From Raillietiella orientalis (lineage: Eukaryota): a DNA stretch of 64,000 bases. Both the position numbers and the translations under genes were made by a program. Under the pieces are notes generated by a model, which was not told the DNA's origin, ran no database searches, and saw nothing but the letters and a program-made list of their open reading frames with translations. Positions 48,040 through 61,359 of the stretch are shown piece by piece. Position 1 is the first letter of the stretch. Every line of letters begins with the position of its first letter. The stretch covers positions 3,596,001-3,660,000 of the forward strand of contig JAYWIR010000001.1 in the NCBI GenBank assembly GCA_036172245.1. Direction: 5' to 3'.

Positions 48040-48745
48040 CAGTGGCAGAGAACCGACCTTGTCCGAGGCGCCCGGCCTGCTCCGAGGAAGGACGGGGTAC
48101 TGTCCTCGGGGAACAGCTCCGGGCAGCCATCCTCCGGCTGCATGTTCCCTTCCCCCCCTTCTTTGCAGCGGGGCGGGGTGAGTTGGGGAGGGATGGGGTG
48201 AAGGGGAGGGGAGCGGACTCCCGCACGTCTCTCGCAGGATGAGTTTTCACGTCCAGTCCTCAGCGGGAGGCGCGACGAGGCGCACCGCGGTGGCACCACC
48301 CATCCTTCATAGCTCGCGGGGGAATGCAGGAATCCAGCCGGAGGGAGCAACGCGGCAAACTGAGAAAGGGAACCCAGGAGCTCGCGCGCTCCACTCGCGC
48401 CTCCTCGCCGTCGCCACCATTGCGGGAAACGGGAAGGAGCGGCAGGAAGGGAGGACCGGCGGGTCGAAAAAAAAAAAAAAAAAGGAAAGGCTAATTGCAA
48501 GGTCCCGACTTCCGCCAAACGCGCCTCGGCCGCCGGGGTCGCGTGACTGGAGCGCGGCTGGCCGGCGAGCAGCGGACGAAGGCGGAGTCACGTGATCTCC
48601 GGCTCCGGTTAAACGGGGGTACCGCGCTCTCGACTGGAGCCTCCGCGCAGGGGCTCCTCCACTACCGCTGCTATGGGAAGCCGGTGCTGCCGCAGTCGAT
48701 CTTCTTCGAGAGCGCGCCGCCAGCGAGATTCGCCCGTTCGGCGAA
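48040..48745 (-). promoter_or_regulatory. CpG-rich putative 5' UTR/promoter region of the Ig gene
   Basis: GC- and CpG-dense stretch upstream of exon 1. It contains an E-box gtcacgtga (48587-48595) and a related gtcgcgtgac (~48538), and is flanked by A-tracts and a pyrimidine tract. Confidence 0.35.
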
Positions 48746-49589
48746 AAAAAAAAAAAAGGAAGAAAGCAAAACAAAACTTTTGTTTTCTTTTTCTCCTCCC
48801 CCAAACCTCCCTCTTCTTCTCTTCCTCTTCCCTTCTTCCTCTTGCTCCTCCTCTTCTCTTCCTCCTCCTCCCTTTCTCCTTTTTTCCTCCCTTCCTGCAG
48901 AGACCCTTGCTCAGAAAGCACGCGGATTTCGCAGCAGCGTCATCAACGCGGTAAATGAATCCCGAGATTATTACGCGGAAAATCGGAAATCCTGTCGGGT
49001 CGACATCCCGGTGTGTGTTCTCCCGAACGAGCCGACCTACTTTTCCTCGGATGCTGCGGAAGAGCACGAGGGCGTCTCTCCGAGAACAAATGTCCCGCCG
49101 TTCCAGCTCGTGGCTCCGGATTATTCTCCTCCCAGTCCTGGGTCTCGGCGCAGAAGCGGGAAAAACATCATCTGCAGCTGCACGGTTAGCCATCGCCAAG
49201 ATGGTGAGGGAAGGTGGGAGGAAGGGCGGTGTGGCCTGCACCTGTCAAGGAAGCGCGCCATCAGTAAGGGGTGGCTCTCCCTCTGCGGCCTTAGGGCTGG
49301 AATGCTTCACGAGGCCGATGCCATACTCGTGGACGACGGCGTCACTTCATCACGCAGGTGGCTGGTCTGGCGGAAACGCTCCTGGAATACCCTGGATCCA
49401 GGAAGACCTCCCTTCTTCTCCCATCGCATCGATATAGATGGATGCATTGTTTCCTGAAAGAAACTTCGTGTCTGCTTTTCCGAGAGTGGATCCCGTGGTC
49501 CACAGTGCCGATTGGGAGCAACCGAATTCAGCCGCCGAAGATTCCTGGATGGTTGCGAAGCATCCCTGATCTCCGCAACCATGGCCCCT

Positions 49590-50150
49590 GTCTCCTGATC
49601 GCATGGAGTCTCCGTGGACTGATGTCCCTGAAGTGAACGCGTCACACCACGTCCATCCCGTTCTTGTTCCTCGCCTACGACATGCCGTCTGTCTTCTAGA
49701 GATCGCCAATCGCTGGCACAGCACGGAGGGTGCGACAGCTTCGCTGCTTCAGGCAGAGGTACCTTCGGTGCGTTGGAGATGGCTGACGATCTGACCTTCT
49801 TCTTCTCCCGAGGATATCCAGAGCGTCCAATTTTTCGATCGGGTACTTGCACACTGAGCATGATCCAGCGTCAGACGCTGGACTGGGTTCATCCTGCAAT
49901 CTACGATTTGCAAGATGCAATGTACGCCGCATGCACATCGTGGTGTAGGGGCATCTGTGGACTGCATCCTGCCGCAGGCGCTTTGAGTGTTGACTCCGAA
50001 TCCACCACTACAAAGACCATCACACACTCAACGTTACAAGCAGGGTCATCCGATGGTTCCTTTAGCCAGTCTACCCATCCTGATCGTCGCGGATCTCGAC
50101 AGCATTCGCACGACGTCGTATTCTGCCGGTCCTAGCCTGTCCGTCTTCTA
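49590..50150 (+). pseudogene. Possible APE endonuclease remnant of a LINE ORF2
   Basis: LIAWSLRGLMSLK, AVCLLE and AMYAA occur in the order expected for SWNxRGL, CLQE and NVYAP. Frameshifted. Confidence 0.3.
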
Positions 50151-51099
50151 GATGTGTGACTTGCTGGAAAGGTCATGTGGTCTTTGCACCAACAGCTTGC
50201 GCGAACACACATGGATTTGTATGCTTGCTCCAGCATACTCGTTTAAAAGCACGTGGATGTACATGTCTTCATATTCTCATTGGTCCATGGGAGATATGTC
50301 GGTGCGTACGTTCACGTGCGCAAGCTGATACATAATGTATTCATGTGTACGCATCTACTTGTTTTGTGTACATCCACGTGCGTACATTTATAAATGTCCT
50401 TGTGTATCTCAGCAGACGCGTCTCTGCATTTGAGGCTGATCATTTAGTGTTGGTGTGCACGTGTTCGCTTCTGACATCGAGTGGCTACAGCGTGATGAAT
50501 CAAATTGCGCATTCAGCCTAATGACTGGGCGGAGAGCCACCTAATTTCGTTTAAAAAAATGTATGATGACTATCGGGCCGTTGCAGATCCCTTCTTTTCT
50601 CCTATTCGTGGTTTCACATAGTGCTCCCTGTCTCATCATGTATCGAGTTGACAGTGAGCTCGAGTTTTGACCATGGCCTCCTGCCCAGGCAGAAATCGTC
50701 CGTCCATTAAAAGTCAGCTGCCTTTGGTGACTGCCAGCTCTGGCAGAATGTTGCTCCTTTAGATTCTGGAATCGGCAAGGCTAGCCTTCGCGATTAAGAA
50801 GAGAATCAGCCTCCTGGCATTTCATTCAGCTGCCTCCCTAGTCAGAAGGCAAAAACTATTCCATTCCCGTTCCCTCTCTTCGCACCAGTCTTTCGTTCCG
50901 TTTTCGATATTTCGCCTTTCCCCTTCAGTGAATCCCTGGCTGCGTCGCACTAAGATTCCTAGGCTGTCTGTTTCTGGGGAGATCCAGCAGGATTCACCCA
51001 CCACAGACGGAGAGTTTGGGTTCAGCTCGACCACTGGTAGCTCGACAACTTGAAGGAAAAGCGTTGCCTTGGGACGACCTGCCATCCTTCGCTCAGTGT

Positions 51100-53870
51100 G
51101 TTGTTCAAAGCGTGTCAAGGGGATGATGAAACGTGGAGTGCAGCTGGAAGTTGTCCGGGTTCTCTGGGATGGACTTATGAAATTGCGTTTCGGGAAGCAA
51201 AGATGTCCCTATAGGAGTAAAAGTAGTCACCTGACCGCCAGGAAAGGTGACCGAATGCCTGAACCGTGTTGAATTCTGGGCACACACGAATCCTATAGAA
51301 AGAATCCTTGGCGAGAGGCCTTCAGCAACGAAATATGCTTCTTCCTTTTGCCTTGAAGGGAGGGAAAGCTTCTTCCAGATGTGCGTCAGTCAGAGTCCGT
51401 GGAAGAGAGTATCTTTGCCCTCGATTGCTGTTGTGAAAGTTCCATTTGAAAAAAGCACTTCGAGAAAAGCAACTAAGAATTTCTTTAATGTTCTTCTGCT
51501 TCCTTGCACCACCTCTTTTCCCCCTTTTTTGAGAGTTCAAAACGCACCAAGATCTCTTGTTTTGGAAGATGGGGACCTGCTCGATTCAGATTTGCGATGG
51601 TTGAAAGCATGCAGCTATGGAGATACTCGTGAGAACGTTTGGAAACATCGCTTTCTGATGTCTCTGAGGTATGGTATTGCGAAAAGGATCCTCGATGGGA
51701 CGGTCCAGTAAGGTTTGCATGGATGCGCATCGCAAACAGGGTGCTGAGGATATCGAACACGGAAACACTTTTAATACGGATCTGTTTGTTATAGGAACAT
51801 GCGGATTTGTTCTTTTCTGTTGCTTTCGGATGTACAGATCGTAACTCGTGCCTTCTTGCTTTCATCTCTCGAGAAACCTTCGGTGTCCTCAGGACCGCAA
51901 GGTCTTGATGGTATACCTCGATCCGGGAGCTGTAAATCGGAATTACTATCACTTTTGCTTTGGTTCTGGAGCATTTTGTTCAGAACTCACTGAAAGGAAT
52001 TTTTCATTTGTTTCCTGCTGGAATCGCTTAAAATTAATTTTTTGGAATGGGAAGATGCTCCTCGACTTTCACGATGAATTTCTTACCCGATGTGCTTCTT
52101 CTTTCCGGAACGGTTACAGCTGGATTTGAGAAGCAGTGCCATCTCCAGGGTTGAATTTTTTTTTTTTTTTTCCAAAATTCTTCTTATCATCACCAATGGA
52201 TGTTCCCTAAAGTTGGACTGTTCATATCTCTGGGTGACGGAGCATTTATTTTGCCTTTCCCTTATTGGGATACTGACACATTTATGGCTGCTCCGTCCAC
52301 CAAGAAACGACTACTGTTGTTACTTTTTTATTTGTAGATGTAAATCAGCTTTCGTATCTCGGAGCACTTCCGTGTTCTTTCTGTCGGTCTTCCTCCCGAA
52401 CAGTGTTTTATTTACCGGAACGAATGCTTGTCGAATTGTTCCACTAATTTTCATTCGCATTGCATATAGATTGTTCCCAGAAAAAAAAAAAAACATAGAT
52501 TTTAGCCTCCCCTCGGTTGCTCTGCAACTCTAACCTTGTTAAAGACATTCAAGTCGTTAAAGATGCATCCCGTTTCGTCTCTTCCGTGTTCTGATTAGTC
52601 TGTCCACATTTGCAGAGCCAAGGAAATTTCCCTAAACAGCAGATTGTTTGCCTCACTTCGTTTGATTTCGAATATCTGTGGTCATCCTTCCATAGCAGCT
52701 CCTAAGAGAAGTCTTCGTGTCGTTCGATCGAAAGTAAATGTAGCATCTACAGTCTTTATTTTTTCGGAATTCGCTTTTCTCAAGAAGAAGTCGGGAAATC
52801 TTAAAAAGCTCTCGAGTTTTCTACCATCATACCAGTTTCGTTTCTTTTCTGGGAAAAAGAGTTGTTTACTCCAGGAGAGTTTCTTCCATCGCAGACTGCG
52901 AACCAATCTACGATTACAGTATACGCCACGCGGGTATTCCATGCTCATTACCATACTCTCGTACTGTACCATTTCTCTCCCGACGTGCTTCACTTCTTAT
53001 AGCTCTTCCTGAAATTCTCGGGAGATGTTGTGGAGTTCTCGAAGGGGTAGGAGACGTCCACTTGCCTCAACGTCTCAAAGCACCACGTTGGTTCGTACCT
53101 TCGAGTCCATTCCAGAAATCTGCCGGTTGAAAATCCGCCGGCTCCCCATGTTTCTTTAAAGGCCAGCGGCGACCTCGCATGGAGATCGTTGTTATTGGTC
53201 AGGGATAATGAAAATCCTTTTGGGTTCCTCTTCCGTTTTCGATCTTTTCCTTCCAGCTGTCTTTTTTTGGGTTTCTTCTTTTTGGTTCGCAAGGTCCTCA
53301 AGAACCGTTCGTCCGACGGCTTACGAAGCTCTTTGCCGCTGTCCAAGCCACCCAAGGGGCGTGTTAACTTCAAATTAGAGAGTACCCAGGGAGAATACCA
53401 GATCTAAATCTAGGAAGGCTCCGGAGGAAGAAGTGCGCTCATCCTGGTTGTCTCCGAAGGGAACCCGGAGACAACCAAGAAGTGCGCTCCTAAATTTCTT
53501 CTCCGGAGGACGCCCGCAAGGGTGTCACTCCTGGTTTCCTCTTCTGAAGAGAACCTTAGAGGGATGCTTCCCAATTTATCTGAAGGGCGCTCCCTGAGTG
53601 GGAGCAGAGTTCTTACACTCTGGAGAAGTATCAACCTGCTCCATGGCACGCGATGGAGGGTCACCCCTAAAGAGGAAAGGGAATGGCCGCATTTTCACAG
53701 CCGGAGGGGAACCCCGAAGGGAAACGACTCCTTGATTCCTAGAAGGACCCCAAAAGGTCAACTTCCAATTCCGGCCACTCATCGGGGTATCCAGTTTCCA
53801 CCAGTACCGCACCAGAATATGGGCCAACAGCGTCACCTTTCGGGAGGAACTCGAAACCGAAGGCGCCGTT
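51100..53870 (-). mobile_element. Most complete decayed copy of the old LINE family: 5' region (53205-53870), ORF1 remnant (~52700-53200), RT remnant (~51100-51970)
   Basis: The conserved 5' blocks are followed on the same strand by LHNISRE...GVYCNRRLV. RT-like pieces come next: AKVIVIP, KVSREMKARR, NKSA..NKQI, QKA.F..RSHEYL, NGTFTTAI. Confidence 0.5.
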
Positions 53871-53984
53871 TCTCTGGCGCCGATCGTTTACGGGGATATT
53901 CGAACGCTCGACGCTTGGTGCCAAACGCGGAACCTCCTTCACGGGTTTTCCATGTTTCCGGTGGTCCGCTAAGCTGACCAACTC

Positions 53985-54180
53985 GTCGCATCCTCAGATG
54001 CATCGATCGAGTATATATTCCCACCTCACATCCCCAGTCGCTGCATTCGCGGCTCTTCGCACACCACACGTCCCTGCTCGTGGGCCATACTTGCACGGGC
54101 AGTTTTCTGAGCTGCGCCGCGAGGGTGGATCGATAATCCATGAAACCTCATGCTCCCTCCGCTGAATCGAAACTGTCCCA
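53985..54180 (-). repeat. Fragment homologous to 34360-34535 (probable post-RT ORF2)
   Basis: Shares atgaggtttcatggatt.tcgatcca and tggcccac.agcagggac...gcgaagagc with that region. Confidence 0.7.
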
Positions 54181-57100
54181 GGCACGAAAGAGAATAGAAA
54201 GGTGGCCATTCTCTGCGCTCGCATTCATTGGCGATTCGAAGGGGTGGATGGCAATTCATCTTCTTGAAATCTGAAGAGATCCCATCATCGACAGCCACTT
54301 GCCTAGTTTCGGTTTCGCGGAGTGCCCCTGATTGTCTAGCCTGACCATCTCGTGCGGTGAGGCACACTGATGCCCAGCGTCATAAGTACAGGAAATCGCG
54401 TTTGGCTTCAGAAACACCAAGTGTGTGGGTGAACCATAGCCGGGAGAAATTACGTTGTTTACAAACGTGCTAAAGATGTTCCTTACTTGAGTAAGAGGAT
54501 GTGTGCATGCTGGAATGCACTATGCCATGCTTCTTTGACTCCTCTTGAGCTCTTTGAATAAACTGGGTCGAATGTAACTCGGTAACCAGTGCTAATCTGA
54601 TGATCATTCTTTCAGGAAACCTCTGATCTTGAGAAATCTGATCCTTGTTGCACACTCCGCCATAAAGAACATTCGTAATATTAGCAAGAAGCTGAGCTCC
54701 TGGGTGTTGGAATGTTCTAAATACAATCTGGGAAATTCTGGCAGATCCGCTTTTCGCATTCAGATATCAGGCAGAAGGGTATCCACGTTCAGAATCCCTT
54801 TCCTATAGTACCTTTTACAACTAGGTGTTATCCCATGGATATTTTTAGCTAGAATGGCAGGTGATTTTAGAATTTGTGAAAAACTGCATGCATCCCAAGG
54901 ATGCATGCCCTTAGAATAGGTGCTCTGTGATCTCTTGCACGCGCGTACAGACATGTACCTCCCCTTTCTTCTTTCATAACTACGGTGCCACTTGAAGAGT
55001 CCGATTTGACAACACTAATTTCCGGTGCATAATGCCCAGCACATTAATTTTGTTGGTAATGCAGTACTTGGCTTGGTTTGATTGACAACGCCGACAAGTG
55101 CATCGATGGTAGCTTATTCTTCTTCCTCACTCGAAGATGCGGCCAAAGAAAGTCATAACGCTTAGTAAAGGATGGTTACTATGGGGGACCCGTTGCTCCG
55201 AATAAATAGAGCTTTGTGGTCGGATTTCTGGAAAAGAGGTAAAAAGGGCTTCTGGTTCAGAAACACACTGAAAATCCGAAGCTATGCGAGTGATTTCAGG
55301 CAAAGCCCGTGAAACCGGAGAGCGAATTTTCGGATAGAGAGGAGGAATGCTAACGACAGAGCAGACCGACATAAATCCAGGGCTTCCACATTTTATTCAA
55401 GCGAGATCGACTGAAACTTCATCCAGGACACACATATTTCAAAATCTCTCATCAAGATGCGCGTTCCGAAGGATGGAAGACAAGTCAAATCTTCGGCACT
55501 GCGCTTTAGCTGTTTAGGTAAATCTTGGCTGTCTAGGATCTTGACAGTTTGCAAATGCAGATGCAACCCTGAAAAGCTGCATCTACATTTACGAGCTGAG
55601 AATTGCATGCAAAGTGGCGAGAGGAAAATAGGCTGTGATTTTTGTAGTCAATGCAAAGCCGTTACAGGTTTTCGTGCGCTGTTTGCCTTGAGACCATTGA
55701 ACGTGGCGGCGTCATTTGACAGGAGGTCCACAAACCGATTGAAAGCACTTGCCCCGACAACTTGAGTGACCTCAGTTTTGCATGCAGCAAAAATTTCAGC
55801 ATCTCATTTCAGCGAAACCTCACATTTCGTAAAGCATCCTGCAGTCACTATCGACCGTCCACTCGAAACTGTTCGCCCGACGAGACGGTGCTAAATCGCC
55901 ATGCATGAATGTGCTCCCTTGTTGTTTTCACTCCTTCAGGGCAGAGCCACCACGTCGACATTCTTCCGTGGACTGGAAGCCGCACATTCTGCATGCAAGG
56001 AAACTGTCATCTTACAAGCAGTAACATCAGAAGACCAGCGGTGGGTGTATGTTTTCCTCTCAAGGATACTGAGTCGAATGAGTATTTCACCTTTCTCCTT
56101 TCCAGATGTGACCCAGAGCCCAGAGGCGCTGTTCTCTGGATAAAGGAATGTGCACACACAGGGTTGTCATCATGGGAGCCACTGAGGTTCTTGTTTCTGT
56201 TTGAGAAGAATCAGTGCTGATTTGTGCATGTGGACGGATTCATGAATGACCTTCAAGACGCGGAAATTTAGGAATTTGCTTACAACAGCTTCTGGAATTT
56301 TCATCGTAGAGTGGAGAATCGAGGGTAACTGGAATCTGATTCCCATTGAAGTCCAGGTGAGGTTCCCAGTCGCACCATCTCTTCAGTTCTTCTTTCCACG
56401 CGCATTCGGTAACGTCCCGTCTGTTTCACTGCCATCTTCATTGCCAAACTGGGAACCGCTGAGAAAATTGATGGGAAAATCATCAAAGGTGTGGGCCCGT
56501 TCACCATGTGGACCTTTTGTTAGCTACGGTAGATCCCTTTATAGAGGGGATTCTCATAACACGAGGAAAACATGGCGACAGTCCTCGTATAACGCGGTAA
56601 AACAGTCCTGGGCGACTCTGTGGTGAAACTTTAATTTCGTTGTGAAGTGTCAGTTCATCAGGGAAAAATGGGAATTTAAGTAGATTGAATTCTATTTCAT
56701 TTAAATTTCTATAAATAAAATGGCATTTATCAGCAGCGAGAATGAGGGCGCCGAAACTGTAGAATGGTTTAAGTGATTAAATATCCACAAAACTCTAAAA
56801 GCTTTTCTTACATTAACTTGGTTTTTTTGGAGAAAATCGAAGGTAATTTTCCTTTTTCTTTCGAAGTGAAAGGATCAATATTCTGCTGTCTTAATGCTTA
56901 AGATACATTACTTCCATAAATTTTATCATATTATCCATGTTAACCCATAGGACTCGCACAACACGGATTCGTATAACGCGAAATGAATTGTATCGACCAT
57001 CTCCATCGCCTGTTGATGTTACTGTTTGCACAAAGACCTACTGTATTTGGAAACTCTTATGTCATAAGAAATCCTGTCGATTTTTAGATGCCCAGTGTTT

Positions 57101-58094
57101 GCTATCAAGAAACCTAAGAATGTCTACTCTTCTCAGGTACCGTTGTAGCATTATATTTCTCCAGCGCATTCATCTGCAAGTGAAAAAGGAACCTAAAAAA
57201 GTTCATTTCTTTTTTTTTTATGCCTTTTTCCTTCGCAATCCCGACCTTGGTTCGTTTGGAGAAAAACACATGCAATGTACAAATTCGAAGGAAGAACAGT
57301 TTTCCGCGCACGTGGACTAGAAGAGTACCTGTAGGGCCTGCTTCGGAGTGCTTGCAGAGTGTTTTCTTCTGGGATCTTGATCAGAAAATCAAGTGTCTTC
57401 AATCATTGGTCTTCCTTCCGCATTCTCTTTCAGTGCATCGCCACACGGACGTTCACTTGGCTTCATTGGACGGCTAAATCATCTCAAGTTGCGGAAGGCG
57501 GAGGATAAGCTTGTTTTGCATCTCATCGTGGAAAAATGTTATTTGTTTCGTCTTTATGGCTTCATCCAATGAAGCGAGAGCACCGCTTGTGAAAGTTTAC
57601 AGTTCTGAAGTGGAAGAGATACACATTCTGCCATCTTCGCCCCATAGGCGAACAGCGCGAGTTTCCACTGAGGACATCAAACGGCCGTATTCGCTCGTTG
57701 GACCACACAGATGCAATCCTATAGTCCAAAAAGTCATTGAATCCGAGCGCAAATGACCGAGTGGGTCTCAAAACCCAATTCAGAATACCATAGCAGAATG
57801 GGAGCATCTCCCCTTCTCAGTCTTCTCATGCTTTCCCCCTTCCTCCTCCTCGATTTCATCTGCATGAAGGAGGACTCTGTCTTCTGATTGATGTTCCATT
57901 CACGGTAAATCAGAACAAAAAATACATGAGCTGAAAGGAATCCACTGCAAATCGGGATGCAGATATCTTATCGGGATGGATACAGCAGCTTATCACATAC
58001 GTTGACATCAAGACCGGCCAATGCATGCCAGCCTTCTTCAGTCGCGAAAGCCTCCCGTTCGTGGCAAGGCCCTTCCGCGCGCATGCCCGCCACC

Positions 58095-58350
58095 AAGGAA
58101 GACCGTTCAGCTCTCGAACATCCCCGTCGGGGAGCTCAAGACCTGTTCCCTCTCCTTACACATTTTTGGACTCCTCACGTCCGCGAGAGGCTGCACAAGT
58201 CGCGCGTCTCTTCTCGGCCACACGTGTGCCGCCACCCGATCGCCACGACGAGGGCGACGTCGCTCCACACCACTCGCAGCTCGCGTGGTCTCCATCCGAC
58301 CAGGTGACCGCACCTGGCACTCATCTCGGCGCGATGCTGCGTGCGGAGAG
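58095..58350 (+). pseudogene. Possible LINE ORF1 remnant
   Basis: KTVQLSNIPVGELKTCSLSLHIFG...VSIRPGDRT resembles the Tx1-type ORF1 RRM region. It ends at a (TTC)n tract. Confidence 0.25.
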
Positions 58351-60944
58351 ACCTTCTTCTTCTTCTTCTTCTTCTTCTCCCCGTCCCGCTCCGAGAATCG
58401 CCTTGGCGACGGTCGACGCGGAAGGCCGCGCTCAGCTGCAGCGTGGGGGCTGCTGGCTTTCGCGACGTCGCCCTCGCCGGAACGAGTGGTCTCCGCAGCC
58501 TTCCTGCCTTTCCCGTCTTTTGGAGGCAGTCCTGCTTCTCCGCACCGTCTTCTCTTCTCTGCGAAACACCGTGAGCTCGTCTTCCTACTAGCAGGTCGCC
58601 AGTAAAAGCTCCTGCGGAAGTGGCGCAGAATCTCTCGAGGAAGGCAGCGACAGGCGTTCCTTGTTCTTCGGTTGAGGCGCAGAAGCCGAATCTCTTCGAA
58701 TCCGAGGTTCATTCAGGGGACTCAAGGAAGCATGGAGAAACTGCAAGGAGGGGAGGTGGGATTTTACTCACCTGTGCAGCTTCGGTGCTGTTTGCGATTC
58801 GGTCGTGCAGGGCGACACGTGTGTCAAATGGGAATGTACGTGGGGAGCGCATGAAATGCAAGGGACGCCGGTGGCATCCTGGTGAGCAGCAGCAAAGACA
58901 GGCAGATTGAAGGGCGAATCAGGAGGAAGAGAGAACGAGTGGACCAACGAAGAAGACAGGATAAAGGTTGGGTACCACCGGTTGATATGCTTGGCTTCTG
59001 ACACCGGGGCCGGGTGAGAGGGGGCGCGGTGGGAAGGAGAAAGTCACCGGTTGACCCCGGCGCTTCCTCTCGCTCTGCATCTGCCAGCAGCGGTGCGATC
59101 CGCCTCTACCTCTACTTCTAGATGAGGGTGAGGCGGTCTTGACTCCCTCGTCGCCATGTGGAGGTTGAAGCTCCCAGCCGTGCTTCGGTGCCGCCTCCTC
59201 TGAGCGGATGCAGCGCAGGATGACCAGTTGACAGGTAACTGTTGAAGGTCGTTACATTAGAAGCTTCCGGCAGGAGTCACCCGGGAGCAAGAAGGCCGCC
59301 TTCACTCGCTTCCACCAGCTGAGAAGAAACTCGCAACTCGGGAAGAGATGCGGGAGAGACTCCATTCTTTCGCAGGCGGCCGACTTCGGCGACGCGCGTT
59401 CCCTGTCGTCCAGTGGTGGGTGGCGGCGTTTGTCTCACGGAAAACCCCTGGAGTATCGAGGAGGAGTATCGCCGCGTGCTGCCAGATGAGCGGACGGCAC
59501 GAGACCGTCGAAGAGGATCCTGGAGACCGCTGGTTCATGCAGGGAAATGTCCGGATTGTCTCTCCATCGGTTCGTGTTGCGAGAGCGGACGCGGGGCGTC
59601 GCTGTGTGCGAAGCTTGCAGCTCGGATGAACCGCTTGGGAGGTTTTCAACTTTTTCCGCGACGCAGGAATCCTCTCGTCTATCCTGCCGGCCGCTGCCTT
59701 TCCGTAGGGTGGGCAGCTCTTCGTCAATATAGTCGTGGAAGATCCGGCTCACAGCAGGTGTTGGGTAATAAGGGTGTTTCCTGTCGGACCGAGGGGCTCT
59801 GACTGATAGGTGCTTCTCCAGGTTCGAACACTTGGCCTTCCTTTCAGAAGCAGATATTTTCGCTTGGCAGAGTTCATCTTCCAGATTGAGTTTTGGCATT
59901 GAAGGATTGTAGCGAGTCAAGGTTGCTGTTCTCTTTTTTGCTTGAGACTCGATCTGATCATTCCTGATCATTCAGAATATGCCTAGGAAGGATAGTCGAG
60001 TAGATGTCGTAGTTGTGTTGAATAATGGACGACAGCATCGTCTTCTTGAGCTTGTTATCAAGACTTAAGAAGAATTTTGTTATCAAAAGCTGCAAACAAG
60101 TATGCAGCTTTTGATAAAATCACTGTCTTCGGGTACCCAAGATCCCAATGCACCGACATTCATGGAGCTCAATGCATCCTGGCTACTTTCTGATTCTTGG
60201 TTCCTTCGCCAGGTCTTTCTTTCCCACTACGGATGCATTTTTGCTGTCGTGAGGGTAATGAGAAGATGCCCTAATTACTGTGCCAGCGCGCTATTGTGTA
60301 TAGAAAAAAGCGAGAGCTTGCTCGTAGCGTTCCAAAGTAAATATTAGCGAAGAAGAAACATGTCTTGGAGCACTGGGGAAACGAGGAAGTGCTACACTAC
60401 GGAGTGATGCTTTACACAGAATGATCTTATCGGGGAAACATCCGAGGTAAACATATAGTTCTTCGACAGCTCATCACACTCCATTCTTGGCAACCTAACA
60501 CCAATATATGGAGCAGCGCTAGTTTAAACGAAAGGATTGCCTTGGAAACAGAAATGTCGAAGTGCTGTCTTGTCCCCATAATAGTTCATAATCTTTGCCT
60601 AAAAATCCGTGACTGACGCCTTCCTGCAAGAGCCCTGTTATCCATATGAACACTCTACAAGAATATGGCCTCAGGCGAAACTGTTTTTTTGTAATTTCAG
60701 GTCTTCATTCTCAAGACGTTGGCAAAAACTGATCTCGAAGAGGAAGACCACATTCCTTCCTTAATCTGAAGCAAAGCCTCTTTCTGGAAGTGTCTCTTCC
60801 TGAGCACGTGAATTGTGGTCACATTTAAGGTTCATTCGGGTGCATCTGCGTTCTACATTCTGATCCTGATTGCAGGGATGGCCTTCTCGTGACAAACAGC
60901 AAGCGATGAGATTTGTATGTGAGGCTGAGAGAAAAAAAGTATTT

Positions 60945-61072
60945 TCAAGGAGAAGCAGTTTCAGGTTTGGCTTACCAGAAAGTAAATAAAGAGAATCTGT
61001 GGGTAGGACATTTGTTGAGGTGCAAGAACTGGGAGCATACGTTGCCGAGAGCCAGATCTGAAGAATAGTGTA
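60945..61072 (+). repeat. Diverged direct repeat, second copy at ~63885-64000 (runs off the window)
   Basis: Both copies read cagtttc.ggtttggcttaccag.aagt.aataaaga.aa.ctgtgg.tagga...ccgagagcca...ctgaagaat. Confidence 0.8.
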
Positions 61073-61222
61073 GTTATGAAGGTGCATGAGTAACCATTAT
61101 TCTCAGGGCTGTGATATGCACCAGATCTTGAGAACTATCAAAACTTTTGGGGAAAAAATATTAGGGAATGTGCTCAATTTTCGGGACACCAACCGAATTT
61201 TTTTCTTCCTCAGTCTCCTAGC

Positions 61223-61359
61223 GCATGAGGGTCATTTGATCAACGGAGGCGTGAATGCTGCGATTTGCCATCTCAAAGATGCATAGATGCTAAGGAAACG
61301 TGGAAGCACAATAAATAATTACCGCGGATTTAGCATCTCCGTAACTCTTAATCTGGGAG
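61223..61359 (-). mobile_element. Partial inverted copy of the MITE at 62260-62471
   Basis: ttaccgcggatttagcatctccgtaact, ctcaaagatgcatagatg and aatgctgcgatt are reverse complements of sequence in 62316-62425. Confidence 0.75.

Noticed and set aside
48495..49457. 320-aa plus-strand ORF
   Set aside because: It runs through poly(A) and CT-rich low-complexity tracts, starts at a non-ATG codon and has no domain signature.
54400..57900. Possible decayed gene or transposase in the AT-richer block
   Set aside because: Only short interrupted ORFs, with no motif I could identify.
59302..59727. GTPase (atlastin/GBP-like) from the peptide AILLLDTPGVF
   Set aside because: This is an isolated DxxG-like match with no P-loop in frame and no supportable exon structure. 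An HMM search would be needed.
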